Notes under the pieces: generated by a model
Told to the model about the DNA's origin: nothing
Database searches by the model: none
The model's input: the letters and a program-made list of their open reading frames with translations, nothing else
NCBI GenBank assembly: GCA_963700635.1
Contig: CAVOYH010000006.1
Location: 96,001-160,000, forward strand
Source: an uncultured Bacteroidota bacterium
Lineage (GTDB): Bacteria > Bacteroidota > Ignavibacteria > UBA10030 > UBA6906
Direction of reading: 5' to 3'
DNA: 64,000 nucleotides
Made by a program: the position numbers and the translations under genes
Shown here: positions 11,715-19,911 of the stretch, piece after piece
Layout: every line of letters starts with the position of its first letter
Position numbering within the stretch: the stretch's first letter is position 1

Positions 11715-12867
11715 TTCCGGTCATACGTTCTACGATGCGGCGCACTGCATCAACAACCACAGGCACGTTCTCCTCCGTATTCCTCCGGCCAAACGAAAAA
11801 CGAATGGTGGCCCTGGCAGTTCCTTCGTCCCTCCCCATGGCCAGCAGGACGTGGGAGGGCTGGACACTTCCCGATGTACACGCGGAGCCGCTGGAGACGG
11901 CGATCCCTTCAAGATCCAGATTTGTCACAAGCATCTCACCTTCCATGGGCATCACAGCGGCATCAAAGGAAATACTCAGAAGCTGCGGCAACCGGTGCCC
12001 GGGATGCCCGTTGATGAGTACACCCGGAAACATTCTCTGCAGTTCCAGTTGCAGGGCGTCACGCAGGCGCTGCAGACGCAACATTTCCTGTTCCCTCTCC
12101 TCCAGCACGATCTGTACCGTGGCAGCAAAACCGACCGCAAGCGCGACGTTTTCCGTGCCCGGCCGTTTCCCCCGTTCCTGACCGCCGCCATAAAAAACCG
12201 GGTCCCACTCCATGTCACGGCTGATGTACAATGCGCCGATCCCTTTGGGACCATAGATTTTGTGTGCTGTCAGTGTCAGGAATTGTACTCCCAGATCATC
12301 CACCTGGACCGGAATCTTGCCGATGGATTGCACCGCATCAGTGTGTACGGCCACACCGCGCGCGCGGGTTACACGTGTGATATCCTGGATAGGCTGAATC
12401 GTTCCGGTTTCGTTGTTTGCGTGCATCACCGAGACGAGTGCGGTTTCGGGTCTCAACACATGCTCCACCTGCCCTGGTGCCAGACGTCCGTCAGCGTCGA
12501 CGTCCAGAACGGTCAGGGAAATCCCCTCGTTCTGCATGTGCTGACACGGATCCAGAACAGCATGATGCTCGGCGGCGTTCGTAACCAGGTGCGTCTTGTT
12601 GTTCCTGCGGGCTGCCTTAAGTGCCCCCAGGATCGCCAGGTTGTTCGCTTCTGTCCCGCCGCTGGTGAAAAAGAGCTCTGCCGGTTTTGCCCCGATAGCC
12701 TGCGCGATGACTGTACGTGCCTCTTCAAGCGCATCCTTTGCCCTTCTCCCATACCAGTGGGCGGACGATGCGTTGCCAAACACCTCGGTCAGGTAGGGCA
12801 ACATCGTATCCAGAACGCGGGGATCAAGCGGCGTTGTGGCGGTATGATCAAGATAGATTCGGTCCAT
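11656..12867 (-). CDS. iscS: Cysteine desulfurase (IscS/NifS class I)
   Basis: IYLDHTATTP, FTSGGTEANN, HTDAVQ, AHKIYGPKG, SSGSACTSG; likely start MDRIYLD at 12867; 3' end overlaps prmA by 59 nt. Confidence 0.9.
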   Translation of the reverse strand: MDRIYLDHTATTPLDPRVLDTMLPYLTEVFGNASSAHWYGRRAKDALEEARTVIAQAIGAKPAELFFTSGGTEANNLAILGALKAARRNNKTHLVTNAAEHHAVLDPCQHMQNEGISLTVLDVDADGRLAPGQVEHVLRPETALVSVMHANNETGTIQPIQDITRVTRARGVAVHTDAVQSIGKIPVQVDDLGVQFLTLTAHKIYGPKGIGALYISRDMEWDPVFYGGGQERGKRPGTENVALAVGFAATVQIVLEEREQEMLRLQRLRDALQLELQRMFPGVLINGHPGHRLPQLLSISFDAAVMPMEGEMLVTNLDLEGIAVSSGSACTSGSVQPSHVLLAMGRDEGTARATIRFSFGRRNTEENVPVVVDAVRRIVERMTGTRVSRRGQSIHSPQPPREE

Positions 12868-12947
12868 AGACAAAATGCTCGTGTAATCCCGAACATCGCA
12901 CACAACAGGAGAGTTCCTGGAGGGTGCGGGCTGGTCCGGTGACACCT

Positions 12948-15089
12948 TTATCGAAGCAGCACCATGGTCCGGCTTACGCTGCCTGCCATGTGGGTGACGC
13001 GGTACACATACACCCCAGCGGACACGTCGTGCCGCTGCTCGTCCCTGCCATCCCAGACAATTGAGTGCACGCCGGACGGAAGACTCGTATTCAGAAGAGT
13101 GCGAAGACGTTTCCCGAGCAGATCAAAGACCTCCACGGATGTCCACCCTTCCGAAGAAATGAAGAACTGTATGGTGGTGTGGGGATTAAACGGATTGGGG
13201 AAGTTGGTTGCGTGTGTGCCATACGCCGGGGCTGAAGTGGGTCCATCGTGTCGGATGGCCGTACTTGTCGAGACTCGGACACTGTGCGCATTGGACCATG
13301 TGGAATATTTCCCCTGGTTGTCCCGGACGCGCACACGGAACCGGACGACGTCTGTCCCTGCTGAATCATAAGGAAGAGCCGAGTCACTCCAGCTGGTCGC
13401 CGGTCCGCTGTACACCGGCACCCAGTTGCCGGTACCACCCGTACTCCGTTCGAGCTCCGAACCGGTTACATCTGCTTCGAGAGCCTGGCCCTGAGCCCAC
13501 TGACTTCCCCAGGCAAGCGCAATCGTTCCCGCCGGAGTGGTCCCCCCGGCAGGAGAAACTCCAAGAAACCGGCGCGCGGGCGCCAGAAGTTGGGGGTCCA
13601 GCGGAATTGTGAGCGTGAGAACACCGTTCAGCTCCTCCACGACTTCATACGCAAACGGTGTGGGAACAGCGGACCAGGTTGAGCTCGCGGGGTTGCTGTA
13701 TGGCGAAAAAACACGGACTCTGCTGGTATCAAAGGCACCGTAGAATTTCTCCCCCGCAAAGAATTTTCCACATGTGATCTCCCCTTCCGGGCCCCGCAGC
13801 GCCAGCATCCAGTTCAGCAGGCTTTTTGGTGAGACAAGTTGGTCACGATGAGACCGACCGGCGGAAATCCAGGGCCATCCCCGTGAGAACACGGGAACCG
13901 CTGTTCCAAAACACGACGTTGACGCCGTCTCCACACCCCACTCCCATTTCCCGTCGGCTGGCAGGATGCGTACATTGTCCATTTCGCTGTACGGGCCTTG
14001 CTGATGCAGCACCCAGAGACCCCGGTCAAGGGGATTGGAAGTAACATCATCCAGGTTCGACAGATGCTGGTGGTTTTCCAGGTAGAAATATTCAAAGGGT
14101 TCCCCGTTGATCGGGTGATACTTCCCTGCATCGCCGGTTGTTACAAAGTCGCCGAGGGTGACGGTAGATCCTGATTCGAGAAGTCTCGGCGTTATCCACC
14201 CGAGTTGTTCCCTGTCGTAGGCGTTGGCGCAGGAGGAGGCCCGTTGACTGGGGCAGAGAATCCCCCAGAATTGAAACTTTCCATCGGGTTTGAGCCCGTT
14301 GTACGGGTGGAAGGACCCCAGCAGCCAGTGGCCCACTTCGTGCACCATGGTGCGCATCACACGCTGTGGATCGTCACCGTACGGATACACACAGGTGACT
14401 CCGGAACCGGCAGGAAAAGGAAGGTACGCGGGGTATCCCATTTCCACGCGCCTTCCGTCCAAAAGGAGCGCGGGTTTGTACCCCAGAGAGGCTTCACCGA
14501 GAAACTCGAATATGGTGGTCCGCCACACCACAATGATCATGTCCACAACACCGTCAGGCGTGTTCACATGACTGTAATTACCCAGACGCGACCAGTTGTC
14601 GTACAATGAAAAATCCACCAGGGAATCCACCCGGTCCGGGAGCAGATCCATGTTGGCATGGCCGTGGGAGCCGCTGTTCCGGTACTCCTCCTGCGAATGG
14701 CGGGTCTCAACCCAGATCGCTTCACCCACAACAAGAAATTTTCCGAGAGACATCTGGCGGAAGTAGTGGGTGAGGTTAAACGGGTCCGATGAGAGTGTTG
14801 ATGTATCCGGATCGACAAACCGTTCCATGAACAGCGGGGGCTGGTGGGCGGGCCAGTAGGGATGGTATATTTCGTCGTCCGGAAAACTCGCAAACACCAC
14901 CAGCACGCGGAGCACACCTTCTGCGGACAGGTAGATCCCGCCGGTCCCGGTTGCGGGCCGGAAACTTTCAGAGAGTCCCACGGTTCCACAACGCTGGATC
15001 GCCGGATGGTCTCCTGCGAACAGCCCGTTCCCTGCAATCCAGAAACACATCACGGCAAGTCCTAACCGGCACACGGCTGTATCCTTCAC
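12948..15089 (-). CDS. Secreted M6 (immune inhibitor A)-like metalloprotease with T9SS/FlgD-Ig C-terminal domain
   Basis: Signal-peptide-like N-terminus; VLVVFASFPD, YFRQMSLGKF, DGVVDMI, HEVGHWLLG zincin motif, REQLGWI, EYFYLENH; tail NFPNPFNP...WDGRD...SAGVYVYRV...MVLLR. Confidence 0.8.
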   Translation of the reverse strand: MKDTAVCRLGLAVMCFWIAGNGLFAGDHPAIQRCGTVGLSESFRPATGTGGIYLSAEGVLRVLVVFASFPDDEIYHPYWPAHQPPLFMERFVDPDTSTLSSDPFNLTHYFRQMSLGKFLVVGEAIWVETRHSQEEYRNSGSHGHANMDLLPDRVDSLVDFSLYDNWSRLGNYSHVNTPDGVVDMIIVVWRTTIFEFLGEASLGYKPALLLDGRRVEMGYPAYLPFPAGSGVTCVYPYGDDPQRVMRTMVHEVGHWLLGSFHPYNGLKPDGKFQFWGILCPSQRASSCANAYDREQLGWITPRLLESGSTVTLGDFVTTGDAGKYHPINGEPFEYFYLENHQHLSNLDDVTSNPLDRGLWVLHQQGPYSEMDNVRILPADGKWEWGVETASTSCFGTAVPVFSRGWPWISAGRSHRDQLVSPKSLLNWMLALRGPEGEITCGKFFAGEKFYGAFDTSRVRVFSPYSNPASSTWSAVPTPFAYEVVEELNGVLTLTIPLDPQLLAPARRFLGVSPAGGTTPAGTIALAWGSQWAQGQALEADVTGSELERSTGGTGNWVPVYSGPATSWSDSALPYDSAGTDVVRFRVRVRDNQGKYSTWSNAHSVRVSTSTAIRHDGPTSAPAYGTHATNFPNPFNPHTTIQFFISSEGWTSVEVFDLLGKRLRTLLNTSLPSGVHSIVWDGRDEQRHDVSAGVYVYRVTHMAGSVSRTMVLLR

Positions 15090-15090
15090 G

Positions 15091-15131
15091 AAAAGGAAGA
15101 GGCAGACGGCCTGACGCCGCCTGCCTCTTCC
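15091..15131 (-). terminator. Rho-independent terminator after the cytochrome gene
   Basis: GGAAGAGGCAG...CTGCCTCTTCC stem followed by a T-run on the minus strand. Confidence 0.65.
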
Positions 15132-15160
15132 GGAGGTTCTACGAATATCTGGACCCCGGA

Positions 15161-17299
15161 TTACTTCATGAGGACCATTTTCTTCGCGGTTACGAAGTCA
15201 CCTGCGGCCAGACGATAGAGATAAACGCCGCTGGCAACCTTGTTGCCCAACAGATTGGTGCCATCCCAGTTGACCTGCATGTTGCCGGTCCGGACGGACT
15301 GGTCAACAAGAGTCTTCACCAGGGCACCGGTGACGTCAAACACCTGCAACAGGACGTGTGCGTCTTTCGGCAGCGAGAAGCTGATGCTGGTCGTCGGGTT
15401 GAAGGGGTTCGGATAGTTCTGATTCAACGCAAATTCAGTCGGCATACCCGGTGTCTGTTCGACATCCAGCGGAGTCCAGCCAAGGGTCTTATAGAGCAAC
15501 CGGACCGCGTACTTCGTGTTGTGCACACCGTAGGAACGGTCATACTTCACAAAGTAGTAGTTCCAGATACCCTGGATAAGATCCGGACGGTTTTTCACCG
15601 CGAGGCTGTCTACGCGCATCGTAACCGGTTCGCCGGCAGTATCAAGCGGCAGTCTGGCTTTCAGGACGTCAAGCAGACCATGGATTTCTGTCTGTACGCC
15701 TTCGATCTGTCCGTTCCGGTCAAAATCATACAACGCGCGGACATCGTCAAATTCGTCGATTTCACCATGGCACGGAGCACACACATCGGTCGGCTTGTAC
15801 ACGCCGGTGGCAAACATCGTGTCGCTCATGCTGAACGAGTGGTTGGCAAGCTTGTTTGCGCCGCCATCCAGACGATTCGTGCGTTTCTGCATGTGGCACC
15901 CGACGCACCCGCCTTCGACTCCACCGTGGCTCATCATTCCGGTGAAGCTCTCATCACCATATTGATATGCGCCCGAACCGAACAGCATGTCGCCCTGGGC
16001 GTTGTAGTGCGGATAGAAGCGGTCCGCCCATCCGTAGTATGGCGCAACGGTCGTGATGCGGCTCTTCACAGCGTACCGGCCACCGTGGCAGTTAAGACAG
16101 ATGTTCCCTGTAGAGGAACGGTACTGGGCAGGAAGGATATAGCCGTTTTTCAACGAATCACCCTTCACGGTCATGGTGCGGAGCGCATACGGATTGTTGT
16201 TTCCGTGCGAGTCGTGGCAGACCTGGCAGCTGATCGGGGTAGCCGCATCGCGTGCCGTGTTCCAGTTCGCCCCGTTGCCCGTCGTGTCCTGGTTGTTGTT
16301 GATGAAGTACATGTAGCCCGCGCCGGCGTGGCAGGGCATACATGTGGCACGGCCGGCGCTAACGCCATAGTGCATCTGGTAGTGTCCGGAATTCGCATAG
16401 AAGGTACCCAGGCTGTGACGGCGTGAACCGTCGTGGCACTGGTTGCACATGTCTGGTTGAATGCTGAGACCGGCCTTTTTCTTGTCAGCCGTCATCTTGT
16501 GATCAGCCATCGGTCCGTGGCACTGTTCGCAACCGATGTTCGCCTGCATCTTTTCGTCGGCTGTGAGCATATTCCACTTGGAGCTGTCACCCGTGGTGAT
16601 CCAGTAATCGCCCGCGAATAATTCAAGACCCTGGTACCAGGTGGTGTCAAAGCCCGACTGTTTTACCTTATAGCCGAAGTTGTTGTTGCTGGCAGTCGGA
16701 TCCCAACCGGTGGTGTGGCATTTGATGCAGCCTCCTGCGTACGCACCTTTGCCGCGTTCCATTTCCAGTTTTCCCGTCATCCCACGGAGGAACATGCTGC
16801 CGTGAATCGATTTTTCCCATGATGTCTTGATGGCGGTAGCCGAGGCGTGGCAGAAACAACCGGCATTGGCAGCTGTCGTGACGCCGACATACGTGCTGGC
16901 AAAGACGGTATCGCTGGCGGACTTGGCACCGACAGTTCCGGTCACGATATATTCGCCGACAACATCGGGCTTGAAGCTGTTGATCCACTTTCCATCGGCG
17001 CTGTCAAGCGTGGCGGTCGAACCGGCCGGCTTGGCCGTCAAGACCCACGCCGGTGTTCCTACCGCACCTGAGCCGAGGGTGTCAGCTTTAAAATATGTTC
17101 TGCTCTGGAGACCGACTGCACGCAGACCTGTGGCGATATTCCAGGCCGGGGCAGGCGAACCCTTGACCGGCTGGGTCATGCTGTTTAATGACCGGCCGAT
17201 CGTTTTCACCTTGATGTTCTGCGCCGACGCGTCAAACGACGGCGCGAGCAGCAGCGAGGCGATCAATAACACGCCGAAAACAGGAATCAAACGCTTCAT
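15161..17299 (-). CDS. Multiheme c-type cytochrome (8 CxxCH + 1 CxCH) with N-terminal Ig/PKD-like domain and T9SS C-terminal sorting domain
   Basis: Sec signal MKRLIPVFGVLLIASLLLAPSFDASA; CFCH, CIKCH, CEQCH, CNQCH, CMPCH, CQVCH, CLNCH, CVGCH, CAPCH; tail FALNQNYPNPFNP...SGVYLYRL...KKMVLMK; AGAGG RBS. Confidence 0.92.
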   Translation of the reverse strand: MKRLIPVFGVLLIASLLLAPSFDASAQNIKVKTIGRSLNSMTQPVKGSPAPAWNIATGLRAVGLQSRTYFKADTLGSGAVGTPAWVLTAKPAGSTATLDSADGKWINSFKPDVVGEYIVTGTVGAKSASDTVFASTYVGVTTAANAGCFCHASATAIKTSWEKSIHGSMFLRGMTGKLEMERGKGAYAGGCIKCHTTGWDPTASNNNFGYKVKQSGFDTTWYQGLELFAGDYWITTGDSSKWNMLTADEKMQANIGCEQCHGPMADHKMTADKKKAGLSIQPDMCNQCHDGSRRHSLGTFYANSGHYQMHYGVSAGRATCMPCHAGAGYMYFINNNQDTTGNGANWNTARDAATPISCQVCHDSHGNNNPYALRTMTVKGDSLKNGYILPAQYRSSTGNICLNCHGGRYAVKSRITTVAPYYGWADRFYPHYNAQGDMLFGSGAYQYGDESFTGMMSHGGVEGGCVGCHMQKRTNRLDGGANKLANHSFSMSDTMFATGVYKPTDVCAPCHGEIDEFDDVRALYDFDRNGQIEGVQTEIHGLLDVLKARLPLDTAGEPVTMRVDSLAVKNRPDLIQGIWNYYFVKYDRSYGVHNTKYAVRLLYKTLGWTPLDVEQTPGMPTEFALNQNYPNPFNPTTSISFSLPKDAHVLLQVFDVTGALVKTLVDQSVRTGNMQVNWDGTNLLGNKVASGVYLYRLAAGDFVTAKKMVLMK

Positions 17300-17539
17300 G
17301 GCGTTTCCTCTCTTGTTATTTGTGTTGATGAAAATTGTTTGAGAAGACTCCATCCACGCTGTGCCGAAAGCTTCCCTTGGCCCTTCTGTATCTGGTTCCA
17401 GCCGCCCCGAACTTACAACGATGCGCCGAAGGGTATTTGTGGATAGAGTCTTCTCGGCTGGTTCAATTTCTGAAGGGTATTCGGAAAGAACGTGGATTTA
17501 GACACGCAAAGACGTCAAATGTGACGTCACCAGATATGC

Positions 17540-17556
17540 GTCAACTGCCATGCCAC
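17540..17556 (-). promoter_or_regulatory. Candidate sigma54 (-24/-12) promoter for the cytochrome gene
   Basis: Minus strand TGGCATG-GCAG-TTGAC versus consensus TGGCACG-N4-TTGCW (-12 GA variant). Confidence 0.35.
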
Positions 17557-17738
17557 ACGGCATGGTACTCTACGTTATGTAAAGTCGGCAAAAATATGCC
17601 AACTTTAGACGAAAATTGGGGTTGAGGAGACCTCTGGATAGGCAGTTATTGTCGAATATGTAGATATTTTCAACAGTCGAATTGACAGGTTTTTCACAAT
17701 TGGGAATCCATCACCCAAATTTAGGAATCTCCAGGCAC

Positions 17739-17773
17739 AAAAAAAGCGGATGATCAGCCACTTCATCCGCTTT
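17739..17773 (-). terminator. Rho-independent terminator
   Basis: AAAGCGGATGA...TCATCCGCTTT stem with a T7 tail on the minus strand, after the ECF module. Confidence 0.7.
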
Positions 17774-17796
17774 CCAAAACGCACCCCGTATCCCGA

Positions 17797-18276
17797 TCAG
17801 GGCTCGTCCACTCTCATCCGTCGTTTCCGGGTTTCCCGGACCGCCTGCCTGAGTTCGTTTTCAAAGGCCCGCTCAAAGGTCAGAAGTTTGGCCCTTTGTG
17901 TCACCGTTAGGATGTCCGAAAGATTCGCAATAAACCTGGACTTCTCCGAAGCCATTTGTTCCTCAAGAATGATGACAGGGGGGAGAGCATTTTCAATCTC
18001 CTTTTCGTCAGCCTTCGCCTTTACCATCTGCTCAATCCGGTCAAGGGCTTCATGCTTCGCCCGCATACGATCTCTGCGCTGTTTGTCAAATTCGTTCAAC
18101 CGTGCAAAAAAACGTACTGACTGATCTTCCGTGAGGTTCAGTTCGTCAATCATCCTGACTTTGCGCAATTGGTCAACTCTTTCGAAGGGGCGCATTTCGA
18201 ACGCTCTGCCGGATTGCGCCACAGCCTGAACGGAAAATGCACCCAGCAAAAAAGCCACAACAACAAATGGTCTCAT
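17797..18276 (-). CDS. Periplasmic Spy/CpxP-like helical protein
   Basis: Signal peptide; LNLTEDQ and ILTVTQ (LTxxQ) motifs; follows sigma/anti-sigma. Confidence 0.75.
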   Translation of the reverse strand: MRPFVVVAFLLGAFSVQAVAQSGRAFEMRPFERVDQLRKVRMIDELNLTEDQSVRFFARLNEFDKQRRDRMRAKHEALDRIEQMVKAKADEKEIENALPPVIILEEQMASEKSRFIANLSDILTVTQRAKLLTFERAFENELRQAVRETRKRRMRVDEP

Positions 18277-18290
18277 ACTGCATTCCCCTC

Positions 18291-18815
18291 CTAGTTGATG
18301 TGTGCACTCAAAACGACAAGCACTTCCCGTAGCTCCTGGTCGGTCAGATCCTCCACAAGCATAGCCGTACCCGCATGTTCCAGGTAGTATTCACTTGCAA
18401 AATCGCCTGAAAACTGCAAAAAGTCTCCATCGACGGTGCCTGAAAAGGTCGTGTCATTTGACGTCAACGATGCCACATAGAGAGAGTCTACCGCCGAGGG
18501 GGGCAGGGCCATGGCCACTTCCTGCAGTGACTTTCCCGATCCTGCACGATCGGGGGCATAGTAGTGAAGCCCGATCAGGAATGAGAGAATTGCCACGACG
18601 CCGGGAATGGCGACGCGTGCCGCCCAGCTCAACGAGAGCGCCTTGCCGCTCGTCGCTTCATCCAGTGCCCTGTTCAGACGGATGGGAAGATTCTGCCAGT
18701 ATGCGGGATCCGGCGCATCCTGAGGCGGATCACCGGCGGCAAGCTCCCGGAGGGACTGATGAAGAGTTTCTTCCTCCTCATCAGTCGGCAGTCGTTTGTC
18801 AAACCGCAGTCGCAT
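18291..18815 (-). CDS. Putative single-pass membrane anti-sigma factor
   Basis: Overlaps the ECF sigma stop; PDPAYW motif, one TM helix (VAIPGVVAILSFLIGL). Confidence 0.7.
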   Translation of the reverse strand: MRLRFDKRLPTDEEEETLHQSLRELAAGDPPQDAPDPAYWQNLPIRLNRALDEATSGKALSLSWAARVAIPGVVAILSFLIGLHYYAPDRAGSGKSLQEVAMALPPSAVDSLYVASLTSNDTTFSGTVDGDFLQFSGDFASEYYLEHAGTAMLVEDLTDQELREVLVVLSAHIN

Positions 18816-19368
18816 TCTTCAGTTCCTGTTGCACTTTGCGGAGCGCGTGAAAATAATTGGCTTTGAGTCCGCCTACCGAAGTCTTGAGCACATAGGCGAT
18901 CTCGTCATACGACAGCTCGTCGTAATATCTCATAATAAAGACCGCGCGTTGTTTGTCCGGGAGCTTTTCCACAGCCCTGGCCAGTTGTGATTCCAGTTCC
19001 TTCGCCACAAGATCCCGATACGGGTCCTCTTTTGACGCGGGGAATACTTTCTGCGCCAGTTCGCTCTCCCGGAGGTATTCAACAATATGCCGTTTCCGGA
19101 GCGCATTCAAAGAAAGATTCACCGCGATGCGGTACAGCCAGGTATAAAACCCTGCTTCACCGCGAAAATCGCCCAGACTGAGAAACGCCTTGATAAACGT
19201 CTCCTGGACAATGTCATCAGCGTCGGCATGGGTCCGGACCATCCTGCGGGCCACCCAGTAGATTTTTTCCTGGTGCCGCCGCATAAGTTCGGTATACGCC
19301 CGCCGGTTGCCCGAACGAACATCATCCACGAGTTCGAGATCCGTCCGGGGCTCCATATCCTTAGACAC
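18799..19368 (-). CDS. ECF RNA polymerase sigma-70 factor
   Basis: DADDIVQETF, FYTWLYRIAVN (region 2); LPDKQRAVF..LSYDEIA (region 4). Confidence 0.93.
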   Translation of the reverse strand: MSKDMEPRTDLELVDDVRSGNRRAYTELMRRHQEKIYWVARRMVRTHADADDIVQETFIKAFLSLGDFRGEAGFYTWLYRIAVNLSLNALRKRHIVEYLRESELAQKVFPASKEDPYRDLVAKELESQLARAVEKLPDKQRAVFIMRYYDELSYDEIAYVLKTSVGGLKANYFHALRKVQQELKNATAV

Positions 19369-19389
19369 TCCACCGGGCTCGATGTTTAA

Positions 19390-19902
19390 TCACTGGGGGT
19401 CGCTCTTGAAGGCTTTTTGCAGCGTCTTTAGTGTTTTCCGCATATCCTCGGAAATCACCTTTGTGTCGGACAGAACGGGCATAAAATTCGTGTCGCCGTT
19501 CCAACGTGGGACAATGTGGAAGTGGATATGGTTGTCCACCCCTGCACCGCTCACCCTTCCAATATTTGTCCCGAAATTGTATCCCTGCGGGCGTAGTACC
19601 GTGTCCAGCGCCCGGATTGAACGCTGGACGGTGAGCATGATTTCGGAAAGTTCATCAACCGTCAGATCCTGGATATCTGCGGTCTGCCTGTTGGGGACAA
19701 CCATAAGGTGGCCGCTATTGTAGGGATAGCGGTTCATGATGACGAAGCAGAGTGTACCCCGCCAGACGATCAGGTGACGATCATCTGCACCTGCTTTGAG
19801 GGCTGTCGTAAAGAGGCTTTTGGTGCTGCGGGTCCGGCGCCCCGGTTTTTTCTTGAACGAAGCGATATACTTTGACCGCCAGGGCGACCACAAACGCTTC
19901 AT
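19390..19902 (-). CDS. HIT-family hydrolase (Ap4A phosphorylase-like)
   Basis: LWSPWR, NRYPYNSGHLMVVP, HIHFHIVPRW. Confidence 0.92.
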   Translation of the reverse strand: MKRLWSPWRSKYIASFKKKPGRRTRSTKSLFTTALKAGADDRHLIVWRGTLCFVIMNRYPYNSGHLMVVPNRQTADIQDLTVDELSEIMLTVQRSIRALDTVLRPQGYNFGTNIGRVSGAGVDNHIHFHIVPRWNGDTNFMPVLSDTKVISEDMRKTLKTLQKAFKSDPQ

Positions 19903-19911
19903 GTGTCCGTC

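Noticed and set aside
11641-12942. 433-aa plus-strand ORF antisense to the cysteine desulfurase (and similar ORFs at 3768-4676, 44149-45081, 54466-55476)
   Set aside because: Antisense shadows of well-supported genes with no independent evidence.
14951-16426. 491-aa plus-strand ORF antisense to the cytochrome gene
   Set aside because: Shadow ORF caused by GC-rich codon bias; no recognisable motifs.
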